Below are positions 14,695-28,029 of a DNA stretch of 64,000 nucleotides, one piece after another. Both the position numbers and the translations under genes were made by a program. Source of the stretch: the human T2T-CHM13v2.0 reference genome, Homo sapiens; the NCBI RefSeq assembly GCF_009914755.1, contig NC_060929.1. One strand, given 5' to 3'. The stretch's first letter is position 1, and each line of letters opens with the position of its first letter. The notes beneath the pieces were generated by a model, which saw only the letters and a list, made by a program, of their open reading frames with translations, ran no database searches and was not told the DNA's origin.

Positions 14695-16250
14695 GCTTTA
14701 GCTGCATCCTACAAATTTTGACATATTGTATTTTCATAATCATTCAGTTAGAAATCATAATTCCTTATGATTTTTTCTTTGACCCATAGATGTATATCAT
14801 TTTATTTGAAAATATTTGGGAATTTAAAGAAAATATATTTAATAAGACTTTATTTCTTATTTAATTATAAAGTAGTCAGAGAATATCAATCTTTTAAAAT
14901 TTATTCAGATATGTTTTTCATCCAAGATATTGTCTTTCTTGGTTAACATTGTATGCGTACTTTAAAAGACTGTGTTCTGGAGCTGTTAGGTATATGTTCT
15001 ATAAACATCAATTAAGTGAAATTGTCTCATAGTGTTATTCAGATCTACTGTATCCATAATCATGTCTTTGGTCTAGTCATTTTATCAGTTATTGAGAGGG
15101 GCTTATTAAAATTCCCAATTATGGCAGTAGATTTTTCTATTTCTCTCTTAAGATCTATAAATTTTTTATTCATAAGTTTTAAAACTTTGTTGATTGGAGC
15201 ATCCATATTTAAGATTGTTGAATCTTCCTGATGATTTTATTTTACATTATTAAATGACCCTTTATCATTTTTAAAACTTTTGGTCTTGATGTTTAGTTTG
15301 TCTGATATTAATACAATTGCCCAACTTCCTTATGTTTTCAATCTATTCATGTCTTTAAATTTTGAGTGTGTCTCTTTTAGGCAGAATGTAGTTTGGTTTT
15401 ACTTTTTCATCCAGCCTGACAATCTCTGCCTTTGAATTGGAGTGCTTAGGCCACTAATATTTGCTATAATTATTGATATGATTTGGTTTATATGTACCAT
15501 CTAGCTATTTATTTTAAATTTGTCCTATCTGTATGTCTCTCTCTTGTTCCTTTTCTGTCTTCTTTTGCTTTTATCAGATTTTATTATTTTGTTTTTTGCT
15601 GTTATTATTTATACATATTTTTATTATTTTTAGTGGTTTCTCTAGGGTTAATAATATATTTCTTAACTTATTCAAGTCTATTAACAGTGAATATTATGCC
15701 ATTTTACACTTCACACTTTCCAGTTCAGACATGGAATAACCTTACAATACTCTACCATGGTTTTTCTGGTGTCTCAGTTGAATGCCTGACGTGTTACTAA
15801 GGTGTTGAACCTGTCTTTCTAGTCTGGCTGGGCCAGCACTTCAATGTTCTCGGCACTTCTGGATCACTAGCATCTCTGTTCCATTCTCCACTCTTTGGTA
15901 AGCCTCACACAATTCATCTTGCTCACGTGAAGCCCTATCCTTGGTCAAAAACTTATGCAGAACTCCTCCTACCCCCATTGATGTGCAGACTCTGTGCCCC
16001 CTCCTCTCTGGAGCTTCCAGCTGCTACAGCTTCCTCAAGTTAGCAAGACCATCTTGTTTTGCTGATTTCAGCTTGCTGGGTTTCAGTACAGATAGTCCTA
16101 GGCAGGGAGATGAGACAAATGTCAGATTCCCTTTGGTAGTTTCCATTCTTTCAAAGACTTCAGTCATGTATAGCCTGTTGTCTAGTTTTACATGTGTATA
16201 ATGTAGATGGGCTAGTCCAGTACCCATTACAACATATTAATCAAAACCAA
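14695..16250 (-). mobile_element. Ancient L1M ORF2 5' portion plus probable 5'UTR remnant
   Basis: gctttagctgcatcctacaaattttg, ccagcctgacaatctctgcc; 15760-16250 resembles an L1M 5' region. Confidence 0.6.
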
Positions 16251-17737
16251 GAGGTGTTGGGCACTTTTTTGTAATGAATGTAATACGCTTTAGGAGAACA
16301 GGCTCACGACATATTTAAGTTAGAAATTTGTAGTTTAATTCCACTTTGCTTTCTATAGGACTCATCTAAGAGTCCCTATTGATACAACTTGAATTTAAGA
16401 AGATCATAGAGGTTCTTGAAACATTCTGAACGAATTTTATTTTTCAAATTCTGAGCATTTTAGAATTTTCTCCACAGTTTCTCTAGCATTGCTTATCTTC
16501 TTTTGCCTTCTTTACTTTCTTTTTTACCTTCATGTTTTCCTTGTCTTTTTAGTTAACAAATACTTGTGCAGCACATAGCATGGACCTGACATTATTCTAA
16601 ATGCTTAATAGATATTTATTTAATTTTCAAGTGCAATGGATGAAGTAAAAACTGGAGTGGTAGTTGCAAAGGAAATATTCCTTCTTTATCATTTGTTTTT
16701 CTTCTACAAAATAAAATAAATTATTTGTATTGTCCCCTTCCCCTGCTTCTTTTTAAGTCTATTTGAAAACAGTGAAAACAACCACCTGTAATATTTTTTT
16801 GAAAAAATGTAGAACAATTAGTAGCAACTTCTTTTTGGTAAAAACATAGGCAATTAACTCCTTTTTATGCTTTACCTCGTCCTTTGGAGACTTGGAAAAA
16901 TTCTTCCTATTCCTCATATTATGTGACTAATTTCAATACAGGATAAAACCTTGTCATTTTTTTTTGTTTCTTTTTAAAAACTTCCAAACTAGACAGATCT
17001 GGTCATCCAAGTTATAGTTCAAGTAGTGGTTACTTAGGAAAAAAAAAGTTTTTTGAATATAGGACTAATTCAACTATTTATAAGAGCCTGCCTGGATTTT
17101 TTTTAATGTTACTTTTTTTTCTAGCTCTGGAATTGCAATCAAAATGCCCCAAGAGAAGTGTGAAAACATGACTGTCAATACCCAGATGATCTGGTCTAAA
17201 AAGTAGAATAAGTTGAGGGAAAACCAGACCAAACCAAAACATTGCCACCATTCTCTCTTATGTTCTACAGTTAAAACACCCAGTGTTTGCATGCTTTTTC
17301 TGTATCAGGACAATACTCCCTTCAGAATATATAGCATGTTAGTTCCCAAAGAACAAAGTGATAAAAAATCATTTTATCTATAGCAGCAAGGACACCAAAA
17401 TGTAAGGGGACATTCCAGCCTCGACTTTGGCCTTTGCAGTGCAGATGTCTACAGATGGCAGTCCCAAAAGTAAGTTTTTACTGTGACCATAAAGCCTCAT
17501 TCCTGGTCCATGCATATAGCTGTGAGACATTTATAAATTAATTAATGGGCATATTGTTACCCTAAGTGAGATGGAAAATATTTCTTATGGAAGACCTGCT
17601 CTAGAGGTGGTCTTCTTTCTTGGACTGGAATTTTTATATGCCTGCCAAAGCTAATATGCCTTTTTGAGAGTCAGAGATAGTCCTCACAGGGGAGTTGGGA
17701 TCGTTGTTCACATAGAGACACCACCTTAGGACCTACT

Positions 17738-18083
17738 CTCATGCTTTTCCCACTGCCTGAGACACTTGTCTTCCTTACTCCTTATGGCTCACATCCTCAG
17801 GTCTCCATTTAAAGGCTACCTTCCTCATAGGTGCCTCCCTAAATCACCCCAATTCAAATGGATCCTCCAGATATATTCTCTCATAGCCCTGTGTTCTTGT
17901 CCTACAAAACATTTGTCACACTATGCAAATATGTCATTTTTGTTTGTTTATTTGCTTATTGCTTGTCTCTCTATGAAGCCAGGAACTATTTCTGTTTGAC
18001 AAACCACAGCATCTATGATTTCTAGTATAGATACTGGCCCATAGTGGGCATTCAGTAAATACTTGTTTGCTGAATGAATGAAT
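17738..18083 (+). mobile_element. L2 3' end
   Basis: ctggcccatagtgggcattcagtaaatacttgtttgctgaatgaatgaat is the canonical L2 terminus. Confidence 0.75.
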
Positions 18084-19609
18084 CACCTTTTCTCTACCTG
18101 CACCCCCACAGGGGGTATGGTAGCCATGCGGAGACAGCTTCAACAGCCAGACAGAGGAGAAGGCAAATTCATCTTATTCAAACCTATGTGGAAGACTTAT
18201 AATAGCACCCCACGGAAAAGGTCACAAATATACAGGGCAAACAGTGAAAAGCATGGTTAACTTTGGCAACCAACTAAAGAAAACAAAACCTCACACAAGC
18301 CACATTTACCAAGGCACCTGGTATAAAACCAGGGGAAAGGGCAGGACTTTTATTGCTCATTTTTTACAAACTGAGGTTTTAAAAAAGTGAGGTTCTTATA
18401 TGCTGGTATTAATATCTTCCTGCCTGTGAGTGGGATGATGAAAGTAACCAGTAGAGAGCAAAGTAATACCAAAGAAAGTCAGCTTACTGGGATAAGAGCT
18501 TCCAGAGTTAAGGCACAGAGGAAGGCATCTTGACACCTTCTCTCAGCTAAGTGGGGAAATACTTGCCTGAGTAAGTAGTCTCAACTGAAAATTGAGTATT
18601 CAATGAAAATATATGTATTAAACAAAAATATCTCACTATCTTTTCAGTGTAACAGGGAAATTTTGGAACAAATATGCCCAATTCTAATCCAGGGACAGCA
18701 AAGAAATTTTATTTGGTGGGCTAAGTCTGACCCATTGGCCATGGCTTCCCAAAGAGCTAGACTGTAAGAAATTCTAAAGGTGAGTCCTGGACTCAAGGAG
18801 GAAATGAGCCAGGACCAGTTATTGAAGACTAATGGACAGAGAGCAGGGAATTAAAATATTCATACCACACTGTTGCTATTACCAGTAAAACTAAAAAACA
18901 GATGGTTGTAAAAATAGAGGTTTCAAATTAGACTTACCTGCTGGTACCATGAGGGCCAACTTAAGTGGGGAAGTATCACCATGCAGGCAGAGTCTACTGT
19001 TAACATAATCATTATTTTTTCCCTATCCCATTTTTCCTATCACATAAAGAACTCACTCCATTCACTCAGAATGCTTCCTTTTCTCTTTTTGGTGCTGCCT
19101 TTCATCTGTGTGATCCTTGCCCCCCACCTAGACCAACTAGATTATTGTAGGTCTTCTGCAAATTCCTAGTGTACTCGTACATGGAATATCATTGCTCTGG
19201 GCCTCAAATGCAATGGTCAAAAGAGAATATTGACTTAGATAACCTATATAGTCCTATCCTCAGAATCTAAATTCTTTGATTACTGGTATCTCTCATGATT
19301 GCATTTAGGAAATGTGGGACTCTTTCCATTTTTTTTACTCAAGAAAACACGACAACTCCAAAATCCAATTTTAACAGAAGCTGAGTCATAGACAGGCTAC
19401 TGCTTTTCAGAACACTTAGTGAAAAATTGGCTTCAAGAACAGCGCTAAGTTCATAATTCCTAGTCCTGAGTCCAGGTAACTGGACCATTCATGTTTTTTA
19501 GGAAAATATGTTTTTGACTTATAAATAATTTTTAAATAACTAATAATAAAGCAATAAAAACGCAAAAACTTTGTATGTTTGTGTTTGTCTTCTTTCATAG
19601 TTTTTCTTT

Positions 19610-20744
19610 TTTAATTTTATTATTATTATAATTTAAGTTTTAGGGTACATGTGCACAACGTGCAGGTTTGTTACATATGTATGCATGTGCCATGTTGGTG
19701 TGCTGCACCCATTAACTCGTCATTTAGCATTAGGTATATCTCCTAATGCTATGCCTCCCCCCTCCCCCCACCCCACAACAGTCCCCGGTGTGTGATGTTC
19801 CCCTTCCTGTGTCCATGTGTTCTCATTGTTCAATTCCCACCTATGAGTGAGAACATGCGGTGTTTGGGTTTTTGTCCTTGTGATAGTTTGCTGAGGATGG
19901 TGGTTTCCAGTTTCATCCATGTCCCTACAAAGGACATGAACTCATCATTTTTTATGGCTGCATAGTATTCCATGGTGTATATGTGCCACATTTTCTTAAT
20001 CCAGTCTATCGTTGTTGGACATTTGGGTTGGTTCCAAGTCTTTGCTATTGTGAATAGTGCTGCTATAAACATACGTGTGCATGTGTCTTTATAGCAGCAT
20101 GATTTATAATCCTTTGGGTATATACACAGTAATGGGATGGCTGGGTCAAATGGTATTGCTAGTTCTAGATCCCTGAGGACTCACCAAACCGACTTCCACA
20201 ATGGTTGAACTAGTTTACAGTCCCACCAACAGTGTAAAAGTGTTCCTATTTCTCCACATCCTCTCCAGCACCTGTTGTTTCTTGACTTTTTAATGGCCAC
20301 CATTCTAACTGGTGTGAGATGGTATCTCATTGTGGTTTTGATTTGCATTTCTCTGATGGCCAGTGATGATGAGCATTTTCTCATGTGTTTTTTTGGCTGC
20401 ATAAATGTCTTCTTTTGCGAAGTGTCTGTTCATATCCTTCACCCACTTTTTGATGGGGTTCTCTGTTTTTTTCTTGTAAATTTGTTTGAGTTCATTGTAG
20501 ATTCTGGATATTAGCCCTTTGGATTAAAGACTTACATGTTAGACCTAAAACCATAAAAACCCTAGAAGAAAACCTAGGCAATACCATTCAGGACATAGGC
20601 ATGGGCAAGGAATTCATGTCTAAAACACTAAAAGCAATGGCAACAAAAGCCAAAATTGACAAATGGGATCTAATTAAACTAAAGAGCTTCTGCACAGCGA
20701 AAGAAACCACCATCAGAGTGAACAGGCAACCTACAGAATGGGAG
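19610..20744 (-). mobile_element. L1PA4-like, 5'-inverted (twin-primed) insertion
   Basis: Antisense 3'UTR/ORF2 to about 20520, then a sense ORF2 piece 20521-20744; TSD agtttttcttt at 19599-19609 and 20743-20753. Confidence 0.95.
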
Positions 20745-21158
20745 TTTTTCTTTAAAGGAGTGTTTCATATAAGTTAAAAAACAGTTTATCCTCCTTAATT
20801 GGTTCTTGCTGCTGAGATATATTCATCCTTCCTTTTTTAGATAAACAGCTGAACAACATTCCATATAAACCTGTGCTGGGTTACAGTCCTCATGTGACAT
20901 GAACAGGCTCTAAATCTTAGTGCAGGGCAAACAGGAATCACCTGTCATACTGAGTACATTTAATCAGGCTCTCCTAAATATTAATTTTCTGCTAATAAGA
21001 TATAAGTTGAGGCATTGACAAAGGAATTTACATAAATTTCATCAGTTTCATATTGTTTATTTCTAAAAAATGAAAATGATTTTTCCATAAAATCTGAAAA
21101 AATATTTTGGGTGTACTAGATAATGTATAGTATATTGCAGCAATGATGTTACTAGTTA

Positions 21159-21301
21159 CATTGTATGTAATTAGTAATTAACTAAGTTTTTGGTTTTTGT
21201 TCTTGTGGCTTATCAGGATTAATTAGTTGTGTACAAATTTAGTTAATTCACTTATTAATTGACTAATTAGTTAATTCATTAATTACTAATTACATACAAT
21301 G
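21159..21301. repeat. Perfect 23-bp inverted repeat around a 97-bp AT-rich spacer
   Basis: cattgtatgtaattagtaattaa (21159-21181) and ttaattactaattacatacaatg (21279-21301). Confidence 0.9.
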
Positions 21302-21329
21302 CCTCTGCTTTAAACTTGTTGGTGCTATC

Positions 21330-21842
21330 CCATTGTCTGTAAGATTAAAGCTCAATCAAGTTCCTCAAAATGATTTACAAGACCTATTTTCACCTGCTAA
21401 TTTCTACCTCCCTAACTTCATATCTCCTTTGCCTTGCATCATAATCACAAAAAATACCAAATTGCTAGTAATTCTCAGCTCATCAGCCATTCCTTTCTTT
21501 CTTAACTTTGGCCATGTGCCCCTCTCTGCTTAGAATGGCTCCTTCTCCCTTCTTTGCCTGATAATTTCAATGTATCCTTAATCAGCCCCTCCTAATACCA
21601 CATCTCCAATCATGCATGGTAGGTACTCCTTCTTTATGTCATTGCTGAGTTTCTATCTTTATCACTATGCAGATAAGTGTAAGTATTTTATATATGAATC
21701 TCTCTCTCTGCAACATAGGCACTTCTCAAGGTAGTGAGCAGTGTATTGTTACTCTTTGCATACTCAGTGCCATATCATTGCCAGTGTTTGGCTCATCAGA
21801 GGTGCACAGGAAATGTTAGCTGGTTGAATAAAGTATTGAATA
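21330..21842 (+). mobile_element. L2 3' fragment
   Basis: Pyrimidine-rich L2 phrases ending in tggctcatcagaggtgcacaggaaatgttagctggttgaat. Confidence 0.55.
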
Positions 21843-22399
21843 GAGAAAAGTCATCATCTCAGATAATGAAGGTGAAAAGTACACGATAACTAATTCATGG
21901 TGATAAGCCACAAGAACAAAAAACAAAACATTATGTGATTACTTACTTATTACACAGCTTATAGTAGAAATAAGATGAGAAAATCTCTATGCAGATCATA
22001 GAAAAGAACTGAAGCTGGTTTGATATTACTTTGGTTCCTTGATTCACCCTCCTCTTCTCTACACGGCAGCCATGTCACTGTCCTTCTTTCCCTGATTCTT
22101 TCTCTGATAATCAGATCATCATTTCATGACCACCTTTTTTCACAGCTAACTTTCCTTCTTCTCAACATTTATACAATTTTCTGTTTATGCTACTGGCTTG
22201 ATATTTAAGTATAACCTTGAACTCTTAGATATCCTTTCTGTGTCCTGTTTTTTCTGTTAGATCATAACCTCATGAAAACCAATGAAACCATGTTTCTGAT
22301 ACATTTGCTTTCTCTGTAATATCTGGCAGTGACTCTTATAGATGGAGAATATCTTGCAAACATGTAATATATTCATTATGTGACAACATTGGAGAAGAA

Positions 22400-22580
22400 A
22401 GAGCTAGAATTGAGAATCAAGAGATCTGAGGAAAAATACTAAGCTTTGGGACCTTGGGCAAATTATTTAACTTCTGTAATCCTCAGCTTTATGGTATGTA
22501 ACAGAGTGGATGCAAGAAGAGCATGAGATCATGTCTGTATAGAGCTTCATCAACTGTGAACTGCTCTTCAAATAATCAGT
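22400..22580 (+). mobile_element. MIR
   Basis: Core gaccttgggcaaattatttaacttctgtaatcctcagcttt. Confidence 0.6.
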
Positions 22581-22584
22581 AATT

Positions 22585-22768
22585 CTCTTAGCTCATTTTC
22601 TGTTGCTGTAACTGAATACTTGAGACTGGATAATTTATAAAGAAAATAAAGTTATTTCTTTACCATTTTGGAGGCTAGAAAGTTCAAGGTCGAGAGGCTG
22701 CATCTGCTGAGGGCCTTTTTGCTGGTGAAAACATTCTGGAGAGTCCTGAGGCATTGCAGGGCATCAGT
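22585..22768 (-). mobile_element. MSTC-like MaLR LTR fragment
   Basis: tgttgctgtaactgaatacttgagactggataatttataaagaaa...ggaggctagaaagttcaaggtc. Confidence 0.75.
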
Positions 22769-23650
22769 CTCTTCCCCGTGAGGACTTTGCATAAAAACTG
22801 TTGAATTGAGTAAGACTTCACCTTTTTTTGTAACACAGAGCTCTGACGCAAAGAGTCATTATCAAATCATCCCATGAACTTTAGGAAGTTTTTTAAATGA
22901 AAGCAGCACCAAAATCCAGCTGGATTTGGGTCTCAGAGCAGAGGGCATACAGGGAATAGTGATACTTTCAGAGAAACTGAGTTGAATCTTAAAGAGATAA
23001 TACCAGTGGCCAAACTGTATCACTAAAATTGCTTCTTTATTAGGATTTTCTCCCTAATCTGGAAAATAATAAGGGCCCTGACATAACTTACCCAGAACAT
23101 TATGTATAGTTATTTGTTTAATTAAAGATGAGGGAAAATCAATTCTACCACTACATGCAATATTTTGGTAGAGATTGTCTGCTTAAAAACAAAACACATG
23201 CACTTCATTTGGACTTACTTTCAAGAAAATATTCGGAAAGAAACTTACCAAAAGGGACATAATGTTTTCTTCCACTACTTCTAAAAATAGTAGAGCTCTA
23301 AACTTTCCTCTTTTCTTCTTCCAAGATAAAAGTGTTAACAGATATATACAAGCCATAGGCAGGTTTTGAGATTTGTTGTGGTTGTTTCTGTTTGTTTGTT
23401 TTTTAAAATGAGAGATAGAAGGGGAAAGAAGAGAGAAATTTGGCACTTTTCTCAGCAGTGGTTTAGTGTTGTGCCTTCTTCCCATTCTTTGGCTTATGAT
23501 TTGGGAAAGGCAAAAGCAGCTAGCCAGAAGGACTTGACACTCAATTCCATTCATAGCAGCAGCTGCTGCAGACCCCAGGTGAGAGAAATTTTCATTTCTA
23601 TGCTGACTCTGTATTAGTCCATTTTCACGCTGCTATAAGGAACTGCCTGA

Positions 23651-23946
<296 letters not shown>

Positions 23947-26029
23947 TCCTGCCTGAGACTGGGTAATTTATAAAGGAAAGAAGTTTAATTGACTCACAGT
24001 TTCACAGGGCTGGGGAAGCCTCAGGAAACTTACCTTCATGGCAGAAAGAAAAGCAAACATGTCCTTCTCATGGCAGCAGAAAAGGGGAGTGCCAAGCAAA
24101 AGAGGGAAAAGCCCCTTTAAAAACCATCAGATCTCATGAGAACTTACTCCCTGTCACAAATGAGCATGAGGGTAATTGCTTCCATGGTTAAATTACCTTC
24201 TATCAGGTCCCTCACGTGATATGTGGGGACTATGGGAACTATAATTCAAGGTGAGATTTCAATGGGGACACAGAGCCAAACCATACAATTCCACCCCTAG
24301 ACCCTCCCAAATCTCATGCCCCCATATTTCAAAACACAATCATGCCCTTCCAATAGCCCCCCAAAGTTTTAATTCATTCCAGCATTAACCCAAAAGTCCC
24401 AGTCTAAAGTCTCATCTGAGACAAGGCAAGTCCTGTCCACCTCTGAGCCTGCAAAATCAAAAGCAAGTTAGTTACTTCCTTGATACAAGGGGCATACAGG
24501 CCTTGAGTAAATATACCCATTACAAATGGGAGAAATTGGCCAAAACAAATAGGCTACAGGCCCCATACAAGTCCGAAATCCAATAGGGCAATTATTAAAG
24601 TTCCAAAACAATCTTTGACTCCATGTGAAAGGATTCACATTCAGGTCATGCTGATGCAAGAGGTGGTCTCTCATGGCTTTGGGCAGCCCTGCCACTGTGG
24701 CTTTGCAGGGTACAGCCCCCTTCCAGCTGCTTTCAAAGGCTGGAGTTGAGTGTGGCCCTCTTCTCACAGCTCCACTAGGCAGTGCCCCAGTGGGGACTCT
24801 GTGTGGGGGCTCCAACCCTGTATTTCCCTTCTGCACTGCCCTAGCAGAGGTTCTCCATGAGAGCTCCGTCCCTGCAGCAGACTTCTGCCTGGACATCCAG
24901 GCATTTCTCTACATCCTCTGAAATCTAGGCAGATGTTCCCCAACCTCAATTATTGACTTATGTGCACCCAGAGGCCGAACACCACAGGTAAGCTGCCAAG
25001 GCTTGGGGCTTGCACCCTCTGAAGCCATGGGCTGAGCTGTAACTTGGCCCCTTTTAGCTACAGCTGGAGCAGTGGTTGGGATGCAAGGCACCAAGTCCCT
25101 AGGCTGTACACAACAAGGGAGCCCTGGCCCTGGCCCAAGAAATCATTTTTCTCTCCTAGGCCTATGGCCCTGTGATAGGAGGGGCTACCATGGAGGTCTC
25201 TGACATGCCCTGGAGATATTTTACCCATTGCCTTGGCAATTAACATTTGGCTCCTCACTATTTATGCAAATTTCTGCAGCTGGCTTGAATTTCTCCTCAA
25301 AAAATAAAATTTTCTTTTGTACTGCATTGTCAGGCAGCAAATTTTCCAAACTTTTATGCTTTGCTTCCTCTTGAATGGTTTTCTGCTTAGAAATTTCTTC
25401 CGCCACATACCCCAAATCATCTCTCTCAAGTTCAAAGTTTCACAGATCTCTAGGGCACAGGCAAAATGCCACCAGTCACCTTGCTAAAGCACAGCAAGAG
25501 TCAACTTTGCTCCAGTTCCCGACAAGTTCCTCGTCTTCCTCAGAGACCATCTCAGCCTGGACTTCATTGCCCATATCACTATTAGCATTTCAGTTAAAAC
25601 GATTCAACAAGTCTCTAGGAAGTTCCAAACTTTCCCATGTCTTCCTGTCTTCTGAGCCCTCCAAACTGTTATAACCTCTGCCTATTACCCGGTTTCACAG
25701 TTGCTTCCACATTTTGGGGTATCTTTACAGCAGCACTCCACTACCTGGTACCAATTTACTGTATTAGTCCATACTCACACTGCTATAAAGAACTGCCTGA
25801 GACTGAGTAATTTATAAAGGAAAGAGGTTTAATTGACACAGTTCTGCAGGGCTGGGGAAGCCTGAAGAAACTTACATTCATGGTGAAAGGAGAGGCAAAC
25901 ACAACCTTCTTCTCATGGTGGCAGGAAGTGGAAGTGCCAAGCAAAAGGGAGAAAAGCCCCTTATAAAAACATCAGATCTCTTGGAACTCACTCGCTATCA
26001 GGAGAACAACATGAAGGTAATTGCCTCCA

Positions 26030-26040
26030 TGATTAAATTA
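26030..26040 (-). promoter_or_regulatory. DUX4-type binding motif TAATTTAATCA in the THE1D 5' LTR
   Basis: Plus strand tgattaaatta; matches TAAYBBAATCA at the position expected in THE1 LTRs. Confidence 0.5.
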
Positions 26041-26699
26041 CCTTTCACCAGCTCCTTCCCACAACATGTGGGGATTATGGGAATTACAATTCAAGGTAAG
26101 ATTTGGGTGGGGACACAGAGACAAACCATATCACTCTTTATTCTAGGAAAAGCTAAACCACATTGCAACATTGGATATCTGTGTGAGCTCATAGTTAGGT
26201 TAAAATTTTTTTAGATTATATTCTGTGAAGTATACAAGAGTATTCAAGTATTTAGTTCAATATGAATAAAACTGTGTTATTGTTTCTTTAGTCAATAATT
26301 GGTTAGGACTAAGCAGGAACTAGTAAAACCTTTTATTTGATTTCCTCTGCCATGTTTTTCTATACTCAGTGGGGCATCAAAAGATTTCCCATGCTTCAGC
26401 TATGAGAAGTCGGTTTGGTTGGTTGAGGGCTCAGGTGATAAGCTGAGTAGGAGACTCACTGTATAATACATAAATCTTTTTCTGGAATCTATTTTTAAAT
26501 TATTATTTCCTCTTCTAAATCTTGCTAATGTGATTTGGTTTTCTCGCTGTTTACTTTCTTTTTTTGTGATGTCCTCATTTTGACAATACCTGACAACCAA
26601 AGTAAGAAGCAAATAAGAAGTCACATTTGACAAGAATAAGGTTTTCTGCTATTGGTTTCTTGTAATGCATGTTTCTTCTCTTGTCATTATGGCAGTTTT

Positions 26700-27026
26700 T
26701 TTGTTGGTTTTTTTTTTTGTTTTTTGTTTTTTTTTTTTTTTTTTTTGAGATGGAGTCTCGCTCTGTCCCCCAGGCTGGAGTGCAGTGGCATGATCTCTGC
26801 TCACTGCAAGCTCCGCCTCTCGGGTTCATGCCATTCTCCTGATCAGCCTCCTGAGTAGCTGGGACTACAGGCTCCCACCAACATGCCCGGTTAATTTTTT
26901 GCATTTTTAGTAGAGACGGGGTCTCACTGGGTTAGCCAGGATGGTCTCGATCTCCTGACCTTGTGATCTGCCCTCCTTGGCCTCCCAAAGTGCTGGGATT
27001 ACAGGTGTGAGCCACTGCGCCTGGCT
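26700..27026 (-). mobile_element. AluY
   Basis: AluY diagnostics (tgcaagctccgcc, gccattctcc, gttagccaggatggtctcgatctcc); TSD tggcagtttt at 26690-26699 and 27026-27035. Confidence 0.95.
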
Positions 27027-27447
27027 GGCAGTTTTGTTTTTTAACCTATTTGAAAGCTAAAAGTGATTGTGTGCACATGGAAAAAAATTTACTTAGTATA
27101 GAAAGTTATAAAATGAAGTCTTTCTGTTGCATTCCTCTACCTGGGTTTCTGATTTCAAAGATAAAATTGTTTCTGGCTTTTGTTTTCTTAAAAGACAAAC
27201 AGTTGAAGAGATTATTCTCTTTGAGAATAATTATTATCTTTGAGAGACAATTGAAAGAGAAGGAAAATCATTGAAAGCAGCAAAATGAAGGCAGTGTGAA
27301 TAACGGATAATTATCCCAGGAACCATCACACAGAAAACTTGGAAGATTTGGTTGAAATGCAAGGAGATCTTTGAGGGTAGAGAGGAAAGAGGGGCATGGA
27401 GGTAACTGGGTGGCTGCAGGTGCACCTTCCTAGGGAAAAAATTATGT

Positions 27448-27901
27448 CACTATTTACAATAGCAAAGACTTGGAATCAACCCAAATGCCCATCAATGACA
27501 GTCTGGATAAAGAAAATGTGGCATATATACACCATGGAATACTATGCAGTCATGAAAAAGAATGAGTTCATGTCTTTTGCAGGGACATGGATGAAGCTAG
27601 AAACCATCATCCTCAATAAACTAACACAGGAACAGAAACCAAACACTGCATTTTCTCACTCATAGGTGGGAGTTGAACAATAAGAACACATGGACACAGG
27701 GTGGGGAACATCACACACTGTGGCCTGTAGGGGGTGGGGGTCAAGGGGAGGAAGAGCATTAGGACAAATACCTAATGTATGTGGGGCTTAAAACCTAGAT
27801 CATGGGTTGATAGTACAGCAAACCACCATGGCACATGCATACCTATTTAACAAACCTGCATATTCTGCACATTTGTCCCAGAACTTAAAGTAAAATAAAA
27901 T
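27448..27901 (+). mobile_element. L1PA7/8-like 3' end
   Basis: ORF2 C-terminus (KMWHIYTMEYYA) followed by 3'UTR ggggcttaaaacctagat and an A-rich tail. Confidence 0.9.
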
Positions 27902-28029
27902 ATTTTTTAAAATATGATTGTGAAAAAGCAAAAAAAAATTCTCTGTTCCAGGAGCCCAGTCTTGGTAAAGGTTCAATGCACCATATGTGACACCATAACA
28001 GCAAACTACTGATAGCAAGAGGCCATCAA

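Noticed and set aside
24468-25674. Cluster of 60-140 aa ORFs
   Set aside because: All lie in THE1-int; these are typical MaLR internal-sequence translations
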